A stretch of DNA of 40,806 bases. Origin: Nemertoderma westbladi. Its lineage: Eukaryota > Animalia > Xenacoelomorpha. The DNA lies in NCBI GenBank assembly GCA_032718475.1, contig JAUCBJ010001893.1, positions 1 to 40,806 on the forward strand. The letters are read 5' to 3'. Made by a program: the position numbers and the translations under genes. Position 1 is the stretch's first letter. The number at the start of each line of letters is the position of its first letter. This document shows positions 1-11,483 of this stretch, piece after piece. The notes beneath the pieces are model-generated. The model did not search any database and was not told the origin of the DNA. It saw only the letters and a list, made by a program, of their open reading frames with translations.

Positions 1-587
1 TACCCTATCTAATTACAGCTGTACGTCAATACGACTTATCTAATTATTCTATACTGTATGATGGGTTGTTCTAGTACACAACGCCATATATCGTAACAGA
101 AAGGTTGAAGAATATGGCTACACAATTCAGTCATGGTGAGGCCAAAACCAGTATTAGATATTGCGTATCGACAAACTGAACAATGCAATAATGGTTCAAT
201 AAAAGTATTGTAGGAATTACAATACAGTAAGGACAATTTATCTGGTTATTTGTTGCAGTAAAAGGGGACTATTATTAGATAGAGGGGATTACCAACAAGT
301 ACTCATGGCTGAGAATAGCTAACATTTTGGATGTATAACAGGTGAAGGTGTTAATAGTACGATTAGTCAGATGTTTAGTAACGATTATTGTCAATATTGC
401 GGTGTATATAATATTGTACTTCTGAAAAAGAACTTCATTCTTAGGTGTATTACATACATTAAATGTCACCTCTCTATATCTTTCCTAATGTCTATTAAGT
501 ACTATTGGTATTACGCTCATTCGCACCACTGTACGTGCAATAGCTATATTGGTGAGAGATATTAGCTGTACTAGTAAATGCCATTAT

Positions 588-1540
588 GATTAGGTACTCT
601 CACCAGATGGTGAAACTGAGTTTTTCTCAATCCTGGCTGGCGTACTGCAAGGTGACACATTAGCACCATTACTATTTGTAATTGTATTGGATTACGCAAT
701 GAGGATGGCCACAAAGGGTGAAGATCTGGGATTCACACTTCAAGAACGCAGAAGTAGTAGATATCCGGCAACTACAGTTACAGACACGACTTTGCGGATG
801 ACATCGCCCTGCTCTCTAATACGCTAGCAGATGCAGAGCTTCTACTAAATAAAGTGGAGAGGGCTGCTTAGGAGGTTGGATTGCATATAAATGATTCCAA
901 GAACGAATTCATGACCTTTAATGTTGATGGAAACTTGACAACCATTGATAATAATCAACTAAGGAAGGTTGACGACTTCCAGTACCTAGGATCATGGATA
1001 GAGAGTAGCAAAAAGGACATAGAAGTTAGGAAAGCAAAGGCTTGGGTAGCTCTATCAAAAATGGATACCATCTGGAAATCAGATCTCTCCAGGCACCTGG
1101 AGACTAAGTTCTTTCGAGCCACAGTGGAAAATGTATTTTTATACGGGGGTGAGACCTGGACACTGACTAAATCACTTGAACAACGAATTGATGGTTGCTA
1201 CACAAGACAACTAAGGGCAGCCCTAAACATCAGCTGGAGACAACACATGACAAACGCCGAGCTTTATGGTAATATACCACCTGTTTCAACCACCCTCCGT
1301 GAACGCAGAATAAGATTCAGTGGGCACTGCTGGAGAAGTAAAGACGAGGTCATACCAGATCTACTTTTCTGGCAACCAACACAAGGAAAGCGTAGCCGTG
1401 GACAACCGGCTATAACATATATAGATCAACTTGAAAGGGATACTGAACTTGGGAGAAACGAAATTGCGACAAGCCTCGGGAAGCCTGGATGGATCTCATT
1501 TCCACTGTCCGAGTTCGCTCGACTTAGTAGTAGTAGTAAT
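588..1540 (+). mobile_element. 5'-truncated RTE-group (Proto2/RTEX-like) LINE, RT C-terminal half to 3' tail, decayed
   Basis: Encodes RT motifs GVLQGDTLAPLLF (~639-677) and DFADDIALL (~788-814), followed by FQYLGSW and RRIRFSGHCWR in ORF 881-1543. Carries a frameshift and an in-frame stop, and ends in a (TAG)n tail at ~1526-1540. Near-identical to the copies at 18 kb and 20-22 kb. Confidence 0.9.
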
Positions 1541-2112
1541 TAACCTCGAACGGCTAGGATATGGACCTTATAGATTAGTTGTAAAACCTTAAGTTTATAT
1601 ATATTACAGTTTTGCTACAAATAGAGTTATGAATATAGACTTGAAAAAAAAGCTATAATCAGCGAACCTTTAATTTACATTATTTACATATAACTTTTAT
1701 ACCCACCACCAGAGCCTGATTAAGGGATGGTGGGGCCCACTGGGTAGTCACCAATTTGGGGGCCCCTTGGAGGGGGGGCCAAAATTGGAGTCAATTTCTT
1801 AGTGGAAACGCTCGTTTCTTAATGCAATGTCAGTCGAAATCTCAAAATTTGCTGAACCTTTACCCTAGTTTATTCATAACAAATGTCGTTGAATATATTG
1901 AAAAAAACATAGTTGTTCGCGCTTTTAGACCTTTAACAGTTTAACCTGTTACTTAGTATGCTCCATACACCGTAGAGACTGTTTTTGTGTTGGGGGCGGG
2001 CAAAGGATTTCATTTTAAATTTTCCTCGTACATTGGTTGCCTAGCAACGTCAGCTGGTGATGGGTATTATGTGAATAAATGAGACTTATGAGGTTTAAAA
2101 AAATCCTTACAA

Positions 2113-2270
2113 AGGAACTGATCTACCTAACTAAGGTACTGTATCTACCTAACTAAGGCACTGTATCTACTTAACTAAGGTACTGTATTTACCTTAACTA
2201 AGTTACTCTATCTGCCTAGTGTAACTAAGGTAATGTATCTACTTAAACTAAGGTACTGTATCTAACTAAG
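2113..2270. repeat. 22-bp tandem minisatellite (CTAAGGTACTGTATCTACCTAA), ~6-7 copies
   Basis: CTAAGG recurs at 2131, 2153 and 2175, with more degenerate units after. Confidence 0.85.
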
Positions 2271-2324
2271 ACATCAAGTTAAAAATCTATGCCGCTCTAA
2301 ATTATAATGGAGTTAACCCTCACG

Positions 2325-2900
2325 TACTATTACTACTACTATAATCGGCCTGCTGCATTGAAGCTGCACATTGAGATGCTAAACCAGATTAACAAAATCA
2401 TTTTGTCTTTGGCACCACCATGCAATCCACAATTGGCAATCCCAAAGCAGCGTGCATTAAAGAACGCTATGCTTATCAACAAAGTTGCACCACCACAACT
2501 TCGTATCCCCCATGACTTTCGCGAGATTATCTGCATCTTCAAGACCAGTGCCCTTTAGGAGTCGTCTCACGAAAGTCATGGGCTGTCCACCATGCTTTTT
2601 TCTCCATGAGGCTGCTGCCAAAGCACAAGATTGTGTACAGGATGGTCCTCATGGCGAAAACAGTGTCCTGCAAAGTGGAGGTGGCTATGTTCTAGTGTCA
2701 AACTTGGGGGAACCAATGTGAAAACTCCAATGTTGTATAGTGTCTGGTTGGAGATATCTGCATTGTACTTGACACAGTGAACCCGGTGTGGCATTCTTAT
2801 GAATGTGCCATACATTGCCATAGACAAAGGCAGCTGCTCGTATTTTTTAATCGTTCAATATTGGTTGCTTGCCTGTTTGACCTCTGATAAGCATCACACG
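2325..2900 (-). mobile_element. Diverged RTE-group LINE 3' fragment with 3' UTR and (TAG)n tail
   Basis: ORF 2576-2827 contains HFAGHCFRH..PVHNLVLWQQPHG, homologous to RFSGHCWR..LLFWQPTQG of the other copies. The tail reads TAGTAGTAGTAATAG on the minus strand at ~2325-2342. Confidence 0.75.
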
Positions 2901-3947
2901 CATTCTGTTTCTTTAAGTTTACAGTTTTTTGTATTTCAGGCAAATTGTATTTAGTCTATTTTATAAGTTAGATAAAAATCCGATTACAGCATCAATTAAT
3001 TGTTATATAGATTACAACCCAGCAACCACAATAATATAAGACCATTGATTTAGGTTCAAATTATACCGCAATATGGTTGGTGCGCAATATATTTGTTGGA
3101 CTAGAAACAATTGAATAAGGGGAAACAAGGTGCCCTGAATTTCGTGGCGGGTGTGTTTTTTGTAAAACACGAGGAAACGGTCGAAATAATAGCGGGTTTA
3201 AGTAAGTGTGGAAAACCAATTCTGAAAATCGGCTGTGATTGGCTGGTACAGATTTGAAGTAACTACGAAGTCCTCTGATAATTTCTAATCTTGGTTTCTA
3301 TGGATAGTGATTCAATCATTTCACACGTGGCTTATATCAGCTGAAAGCAGAGACTCTTGCGCGTCTTTTGACACAACAATTAATTAAATTCATGATGATC
3401 AACATTGAGAAAGTGATGTTAACAATTGTAAACTCAGCAGATTGCCTGACCGGTATGTTAGCATATACACTCAGCCTATTGCATTACAGTATATATTGCA
3501 GTTTACTTCATTAGTACTTCAGGTTGTACACACATATCAGTCTGTTAGGTTGCAGGTACCGGTAATCTACCAAGCTTGCCAAATTGCAAACAGCATTTTA
3601 TAAATGTTCCTAATTTTTGTAATGCCAACGACACACAAGTTTCTCCGTTTTCAATTGATATAAGGCATATGTGAAATGATTGAGATTCAATTTGTATTTG
3701 AATGGATCGAAAATCACTGTCCATTGAAACCAAGATAAGAAATTATTGGAGAACTTTGTAGTGACGTTAAATCCTTTCGAAATTGGCTTCCTTCGCTTAG
3801 TTCACCGACCCTATTGTTTTTGCCACACAGACTCGCGCACCGACATACAACCCACAATCCAAGATCCACCATCCGTAACCACTAATCCCAGGGAGCCAAC
3901 CACTTAATGACTTATCCGAGTGAGTCTACCATTGATTCTACCAAAAA

Positions 3948-4257
3948 TCACGAATTGACATTGGCGCGGCGCGTGCGACAGCTATTCGGTTTCTCCATTC
4001 CAGTCCTCGAATAAATCCACTGCTGGAAATAAGACACCTTCATAAATACGTTTGGGTGATTCTTTGAGGCCTCGCAACTGCCGCGGACGACCCAACTTGC
4101 AATTCCCACGAGGTACCAGGTGCCGCGTATTTTGTAGCTCAATGGGCCACCCGAATCGCCATGGCATACTCCACTGTCACCGTTACTACTGGTAACATAC
4201 ATATTGAAATCCCGTTCGCAATGATTATCTCCGAGCCCCGAGTCATCTTTACACCAT
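3948..4257 (-). CDS. S1A serine protease, last exon (catalytic Ser)
   Basis: Encodes GVCHGDSGGPL, WYLVGIASW and PNVFMKVSYFQQWI. Acceptor TTTATACAG ends at 4258, and its phase 2 matches the AG|GTTAGT donor at 14633 (joined K-R-W-C). Stop TGA at 3950-3948. Confidence 0.88.
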
Positions 4258-5341
4258 CTGTATAAACGGAATTCAGGTAAACTTAAAACACACATGGGGG
4301 ATGGGTGAATGAGGGCATACGTACATTTCATCAGTTTTTGTCCCCAGATATTTTTTAGAACTTTTACATCCCCAGGTAAAACATCCTCCGGCCTCCTAAC
4401 ATAAAAATACTTGTGAAGAACTACTTCAAAACGATGTAGGGTGCTTGATCTCTTTATTTCTTAAATATTAACTAATAATCTGAAATAATTATTTAATTGT
4501 ATTAGATTTTTTATTGATAAATTTTAAGTGATCATCATCTATCCATTGTATCTAATATTGGGTATTATATAATATTGGTATTTTATGTTTACATTTCATA
4601 GGTAACAATTATCAATTTTATATTTACCCTCTACATTATTTTCTTCTTATCTTTTTCTTTATTTATTACAGTATTACACAGTGAACACACAATAAATGCA
4701 AGGTTTTGCCCAGTCGGGCTAGATTCATATAGTACCGGTATTCAATTCAACCCAAATTATGGTATAAACAATGGCTCTTACAATTATGAAAATACTTTTG
4801 GGGATACCAATATTTTTAATAGAGGAAATAGCACCAATAATAATTTTCGCACTAATATGAAAAATTTTGAATTGAATTTCAATAAATAAATTGAATTAAA
4901 TTGAAGCCAAAATGCAAAACGCTGTTAAGGAAAATACAGTATAAATGCAAATTTTACCACTTTACATAATATTAAGAGCCAGGGCTACATGAATAATTTC
5001 AATTGTTCCTTCCCTAAGTAATAATAATCTTACTACCGGTTCTACTAACACTATAGAAAAGGGGTGAAACTCGATTGCCCAATTGACCCAATTGACCCAT
5101 TTTTGGCGAGTATTGGTCGCACCCAGTCGGCAGGTCGCGGCCTATCACAAGCCTAATTGTCTAATTAACTATAACTCATCACGTTTTAGGCAATATGATT
5201 GGTGCAATGCTTATTATACGGCTAAATAATAATTTCTTAATAAAGTACTAAATATACATACTTTATCTTACTATTCAGTAATACTATTTATATGATAATT
5301 ATTTTATTCTTATTTATGTTATAAAGGCATACATGTTACAG

Positions 5342-5710
5342 GTATAAAGGCGACTATTCGACCCAGTGAACTGAGTGTAAGTCGCAAGTAGTCGGCTTGT
5401 CGGCTTAGATATATCATATACTGGGGTGGTCGGAAGAGTCGAATTGGTCGGCAAAGTCGGCTCCCCTATAATCTACATATAATAAACTTTTGTGACTTTT
5501 AGCGACCCTCCATATAGTCAATGGTAGACCTATGATGATTTATGTAAGTGGAACTGCCGACCACTTGCGACTCACCCTCAGTTCACAGGGTCGAATAGTC
5601 GTCTTTATACACGGCCCAAGAGGTGCTCGGAATAGTCGAATTGGTCGGCAAAGTCGGCTCCAGCTTTAGTCTACATATAAAGTTTTGCGACTTTTTGCGC
5701 CTCTCCATAT
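5342..5710. mobile_element. Foldback/MITE-like element with nested inverted and direct repeats
   Basis: ~55-bp inverted repeat at 5342-5396 vs 5557-5610 (GTATAAAGGCGACTATTCGACCC.. / ..GGGTCGAATAGTCGTCTTTATAC). ~85-bp direct repeat at 5431-5515 vs 5628-5710. Confidence 0.6.
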
Positions 5711-6029
5711 GCCGTATTGAATATTGTGTATGTAGGCTTAACTGTATGATATATGTAATCCAACCAGCGCACCACTTACTTGCTAGTTACTGTATTCTCA
5801 GTAGGAAAAGTGACATGAGGTCAGACTTTTTTTTATATATAGAAAAAGTATAGACCTGATTGACATGTGGGAGTTAGATTTTATTTGAAATAGGTTATTT
5901 TTCTAATGTTTTTCTTTAACAAATAAACATAATTACTTGGTGGGATAAATATTTCTCCATTTGACGCAACACCGCCACGGCCGCTATGAGGGAGGTGAAT
6001 ACCGCGGCCGCTCCTAAAGCCGCAGGCCA

Positions 6030-7990
6030 TCGCTAACTATATAGGTTAACTTGGGATTCTGGGGGACTTTTCGATGAAGGAACTGACCAAATTTTTTTAT
6101 TTTCTCACCAGGGGAGCGGCTCGGAATTCTAAGATATTAGCAACTCTAACATTATTAAATCTAACCCTTCGACGGACACGGCGGACAAAAATCCGTCATT
6201 TTTTCGACAATTTTAAAAATTTGTTGAAAGGCGCTCTACAGTGGCTCGAAAAAACCCTATGTTATTGCTTAGCCGACGCCGGGATACGATAGAAGGGATT
6301 AATTAGTGAATTCGTTTTTTTTTTCAAAAAAGATTACTACGCCTTTTTTCCGAAAATGTCCGTCAAAGTTGAAAAAACGGACAAAATGACTTTGCGGGAT
6401 CCGCTATAACTCGGCTAATATTAATCGTACGGGGACGAAAGTAACGCGGTTGGAAAGGGGAAGAGTGGTACTACCTTCGTATCGAATGGGGGTAAGATAT
6501 TTATTAAAATTTCGGGTGGAAAAAGGGGCTGTAAATTTGTACGTTTTTGTCCGTCTTTTTTGGAAAACTTATTTCCGAAATGTTTAATTCGACAACGCGG
6601 GTAGGAATCCACTAATTCTTTTATGAAACTCGTAGAAGACCATTGGGGCTACGTTCCTATCGAATGGGGGTACAAAAAATATGTCGGCAATAGGGGCCAA
6701 AAAGGGCCCAAATTTGTAAAGTAGTTTTTATCGAATAATTTTTTATTTTTAACTTTAGTTGGTTAAGGTACATTCTATACAGTCAATATCCATACGGGGA
6801 ATTCAAACATGCTATCGGTTTTGCTCCAAGGATGATATTAAAAAAATGAGGGCCAAAATTATAATTTCGCGCTTCAAACTTGCTTCGCGGGAAATCGTCT
6901 AGCTCGAAAACTACTTAACTTACGGGAGATTTGTTTACACAGACTTATAGTGCGTTAAATTATCTATCTAACAGCGTTAATCACAGCGCCGGAGGTATTA
7001 TAAAACTGGAGCGGCAGACGATCGTGTGAAATATAATATTTATAAAAAGGGACGAAAAATTTTTTTTTTTAACAAATCGCTATTCCATTATAATTTAGCG
7101 TATTGCGCCAAAAGTACCTGTAAAAAGTATCAAATTAACTCCGCTATCTTTTATCTTAACATTAAGGGTCGAAAAATATCGCGTTATTTTGGCCCTTTTT
7201 TTTAATTTTTGTGGGGCCAAAAATAACCCCTTCTCAAAAGATTAAGAAAAAAATTACGGCAAAGAATATACCAATTTTATTGAATTTGGACCACCAGAAC
7301 CGAAGTTAGAGCGATTTTAGTGAAAAAATAAAAATATTTTTTTTTGCAAAAAAATTAAGAATGGTCAGGTCAATATTGGATTTCGAACCCGCGAACTTAG
7401 GTTTCATTAACGTGATTGATAACCACTAGACTATGTGACCAAGATAATTTGAAATTTTCGAGTGACTATTTTTAAACATAAATAACTTCGGTTCTACAGG
7501 GCCGTTTAATCTGAAACTTTTTTCATTGGATAGAGGATAGATCGTAGTGTGTGAAATAGGATAAAACTTGGGAAAAGACTTATGTGCACTTAGTGCAAAA
7601 TGCACTTAAATAGTGAACATTTTTTCGATATTTCAAACACTGTTATTTCCAGTTCTATTCATCGTAGAATGTTATTTTTACGGTTAAAATGTAGTTTGGT
7701 GTGATTTCTAACTATAATCGTAACATTTGTTTAACTTTTTATGTCTATAAAGTGACTTAAAAATGTCCATGAATATGGTCCAAAATCGCAAATCCTGATT
7801 TATTAAATTGGATTTTTGACACTTTTAGCGACTGACACTTATCATACACCATCGTAGATCGGTAGAGGATAAACATAAGTTTGTTAAATAAGAGCCACCA
7901 TTACGATCTGCTAAAGTGCATTTGTACAAATAAGTGTGCAAACGTGCAAATTTTTTAATAAGGTCAAATTATATAGTATTGGGTTCTTTT
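6030..7990. mobile_element. Unclassified non-coding DNA element (Helitron/Helentron-like non-autonomous candidate)
   Basis: CpG-richer 2-kb block with recurring ATAACTTCGG/ATAACTCGG-type motifs (6406, 7483, reverse at ~7300), a style typical of invertebrate non-autonomous DNA elements. ACTATATA motifs lie near both ends and a GC-rich hairpin at 5979-6012. Ends are not resolved. Confidence 0.3.
7365..7440 (-). other. tRNA-like sequence (pol III A and B boxes), probably a SINE head or pseudo-tRNA
   Basis: Minus strand reads GGTCACA TAGTCTAGTGG TTATCAATCACGTTAATGAAACCTAAGTTCGC GGGTTCGAAATCC. Cloverleaf stems are degenerate. Confidence 0.5.
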
Positions 7991-9508
7991 CTTTGCAGAT
8001 ACTTTATTTTCATATTAATATGTTGTTTGAACCTTACTGAGCGCATTAGGGGATATGCGAACAAATAACCGGCCCTTATGAGGCTTCGATTGGGTAAATT
8101 AATAAAACATAAGGTTGTATAGTATAATATTCTAAAAACCAGTGTGATATTAAATGCACTTTAAATATATAGAAATCAAACATAATATAATAATCAATAA
8201 ATAATAATCAGACATAATAAATAGAAATCAAATAACAATTGGACCACACAATTAAAAACTCGCACAATTTTGTACTTATTATATTGCTTCAAATTAATTC
8301 AACAGTGGATATTTGTGGGAAGGGGGAAGTTACAGTGTGCATTCGGGGGAAGTTTGGTGAACTGCATTTATGCAGTGAATCCAAACTTCCCCCTTTGATA
8401 TATCATATACTTAAGACATGCTAGGGTGACGGGGAAATATTTGTTACTGTCACACTTTGCTTCCATTTATCCTATCCTTTATTATTACCCCAGTCAGATA
8501 AGAGATAATAAATCAGTAAAAACTAAACTAAACTGTCTTTCATGCAAAGAAATTTCTAACTAAAGACGGGTGAATGACCATGACCATGGAAATAATTTTA
8601 AATATAATTGTATATCAACTATTTGGGGAGGCTTCCAAGTTAAACCCGAAAACAATTATTTTGTTACATATATAGTAAATAACGTTGTATGTTCTTCTTC
8701 CTCTCATAATAAAATATAAATGAAATATCTCAGATAGCTATGCCCTGTAACATTTCACAACCAAAATATTTAAGTGTGAAAAGTGTAGGCCTACCACACT
8801 CCGCCCAAACAACCGCAAACGCATAGCCAACAAATTTAACAAAAGGTTACATACATGTTGGGTTCATGACGAGATGAGTGAAAATTGATCGCGTTTGCGA
8901 TTGAGACGGGCTGGCTCTCCTCCACTTTCTCACCCAATGGATATGTTGTTGTAATAATCTAATATTGGGGCGGCTTTCTCTCGTTACTTCCTTATTCTAT
9001 TAAATTTATAAACAGTGTACTACTCTGTGTACTGTACATTATTGTCAATTATACTGCTCTTTCAACTATTACGATATCAATATAAATTAAAGAGACAGGA
9101 GTTTCTAACCACACATTTGTCTTTAAGAATTATGGTAAAAGACCATCTTATTGAAGCATACTTTTCTAACCAAAACAATAAAGGCATTTCTTAAAAATTA
9201 GTAGAAAGGAGCAGGTTAGATAGGCCAGCATTTACCATCTCGGCTATCTAATATCCCGTCTGATGTTTAATTTTCAATTAAGGGAAAGGAGCAGGTTACA
9301 ACAAAAAAAAACACGCACGTTTTTCGTTTTTCACGTTTTTCTATCCAAAACAATAAACGAAAGTCAATAGAACAGGATAGGCCCCTACAGTTATATTTAA
9401 TTATACACATACTGTATGTACACAGTTTCAGTGCGAAAAATAGAGTATTTTAAAATCATTAATAATTAAACCGCATGTATACTGGTATAGTAAGTTAATT
9501 GTATTTTA

Positions 9509-11390
9509 TTTATTTATCAAGCACGTTAAGTAAAAACCTCACCGGTAGGTATTTCAGTGCCAAAGTATGTAAAAAACTAAAAAGCAACAAGACCTAGACG
9601 TTGCATGCAATCAGTGATCAGCTGACGGCAGCCAGCTGATCGGTAGGTTTCGCCCTACAACTGAAGGCATTCTCAGGAGGCCAAGCCAGGAAATGTATAT
9701 AGAGATTCCCAAAGGGGGACGGAACAGGTAACGAAATGAAGATATGTCTGTACTGTAACTAACCACTGGGAAGCAGCACCGTAAACTTGCGCCAGTCACG
9801 CAAGTTTCTGCTTGTTGATAACCGGCTTGCGTGTATGGATGTAATACATTTCAAGATTTTGCAAGACTGGCCGCAATGGGTGTCTAGCAATTAAAGTGAA
9901 ATGTTTAAACAATTCACGCCAGTCAGTCAGCCAATGTGTATTGGGCTCGTCGCGGTGCGTCATGATGTGGTTGTGCACAGTCTTACTGTGTTCGCTTCCA
10001 TCATTGGCTGTCCCATCCTGGTGCTGTCTAACGCGTTTAAACAAGTGTTGGATGGTGTGTCCAACATATTCCCCCTTACAAGAGGGACAAGAGAAAGAGT
10101 AAACGACGTTAGACGCAAGGATTACCGGGATGGGGAGATGGGAGTGACTGGCGCAGTTTAGATGTTGCAAAAACAAACCGAACTGGCCGTGTGCAAGACC
10201 TGGGTATAAGACCACGCAACTTTCGAACAAACAGATCAGTTGCCCGACCTCGGTACTCGAACTTACAGATAATAGGCTTGGAATCATCATCAGCTGCCTG
10301 GTCGACCGGGTCAATGACCTCGGTGGGAACAGCTGTTGGTGCCTCGCCCCCAGAACCACGGCCTGCACGCCCCCTAGCGGCTTGAACTACGGCTAGCTCA
10401 TGCCCCACCATCGTATCAGTATATTGGTTATTGCTAAGAATATTCTTAGCATCCCCAATGGCGGTATAGAGTTGGGAACCATCCCCACCCTTACTGGCAT
10501 TAAAGATACGATGAAACATACCACGAACTACTCAGGGACACACGCAGTGACATTGAGAACGAGCCCAGTATCTGTAGGCTTGCGGTACCACGCTGTTGAA
10601 AGAGCATAGTCAACCCGAGTGACAACCAAATCAAGAAAGGACAAGCGCCCCCCCCCCCCTCCTCCATCTCAAGGGTAAACCTAAGATTAGGATGGAGGGC
10701 ATTGACCTCTCTCAACTTCTCAGTGGGGTCGTTACTACCAACACTAAGTACGTCATCGACGTACCTATCACTGAGCTTGGTGCCCGCAGCGATCCTCTCG
10801 TCGAACTGTGACAGAAAGATGTTAGCGAGTGTGGGGCCCAATGGAGACCCCATAGCGACACCATCTTTCTGACAGACGTAGTTGCCATGGTGATCTAGGA
10901 ATACGATATCCTTGGTGGCTAACAGCATAAGACCAATAAATTGGTCCTTGCTGATTGGCTGGCTGTCCGGATGCCGCTCATACAGCAGCAGCATTTATCA
11001 TTTTACTGTAATTGGTAGACACCCATTGCGGCCAGTCTTGTAAAAGCTTGAAATGTATTACATCCAAACACGCAAGCCGGTTATCAACAAGCAGAAACGT
11101 GTCTGGCGCAAGTTTACGGTGCTGCTTCCCAGTGGCTAGTTACAGTACATACATAACTTTATTTCGTTAGCCGGTTCCGTCCCCCTTTGGGAATCTTTCT
11201 CTACATTTCCTGGCTTGGCCTCCTGAGAATGCCTTCAGTTGCGGAGCGAAACCTACCGATAAGCTGGCTGCCGTCAGGTGATCACTGATTGCATGCAACG
11301 TCTAGGTCTTGTTGCTTTTTAGTTTTTTACATACTTTGGCACTGACATACCTACCGGTAAGGTTTTTACTTAACGTGCTTGATTAATAAA
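9509..11390 (-). mobile_element. Penelope-like retroelement (RT + GIY-YIG endonuclease), 5'-truncated, with inverted pseudo-LTR
   Basis: RT motifs QKDGVAMGSPLGPTLANIF, RYVDD and LHPNLRFTLEME (10994-10640). GIY-YIG domain NVVYSFSCPSCKGEYVGHT..LFKRVRQH..LEMYYI..KPVINKQ (10110-9796). Segment 9509-9909 is repeated inverted at 10994-11390. The ORF is frameshifted. Confidence 0.92.
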
Positions 11391-11483
11391 TTCGTTAAAA
11401 TATATCGAGTTGATTAAAATAGTAAAAAAGTAGTACATTTAGGCTCAGTAAGCTAGTGAATGCATGTAAGCTAGTGATGCAAT

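Noticed and set aside
1-580. Short ORFs or possible LINE relic
   Set aside because: No recognisable motifs; cannot be assigned.
5049-5060. CACTA transposon terminus CACTATAGAAAA
   Set aside because: No matching inverted terminus found.
5960-6035. HDV-like ribozyme in a GC-rich hairpin
   Set aside because: Only the GGCCGC/GCGGCC stem is evident; no P3/L3 or P2 pairing.
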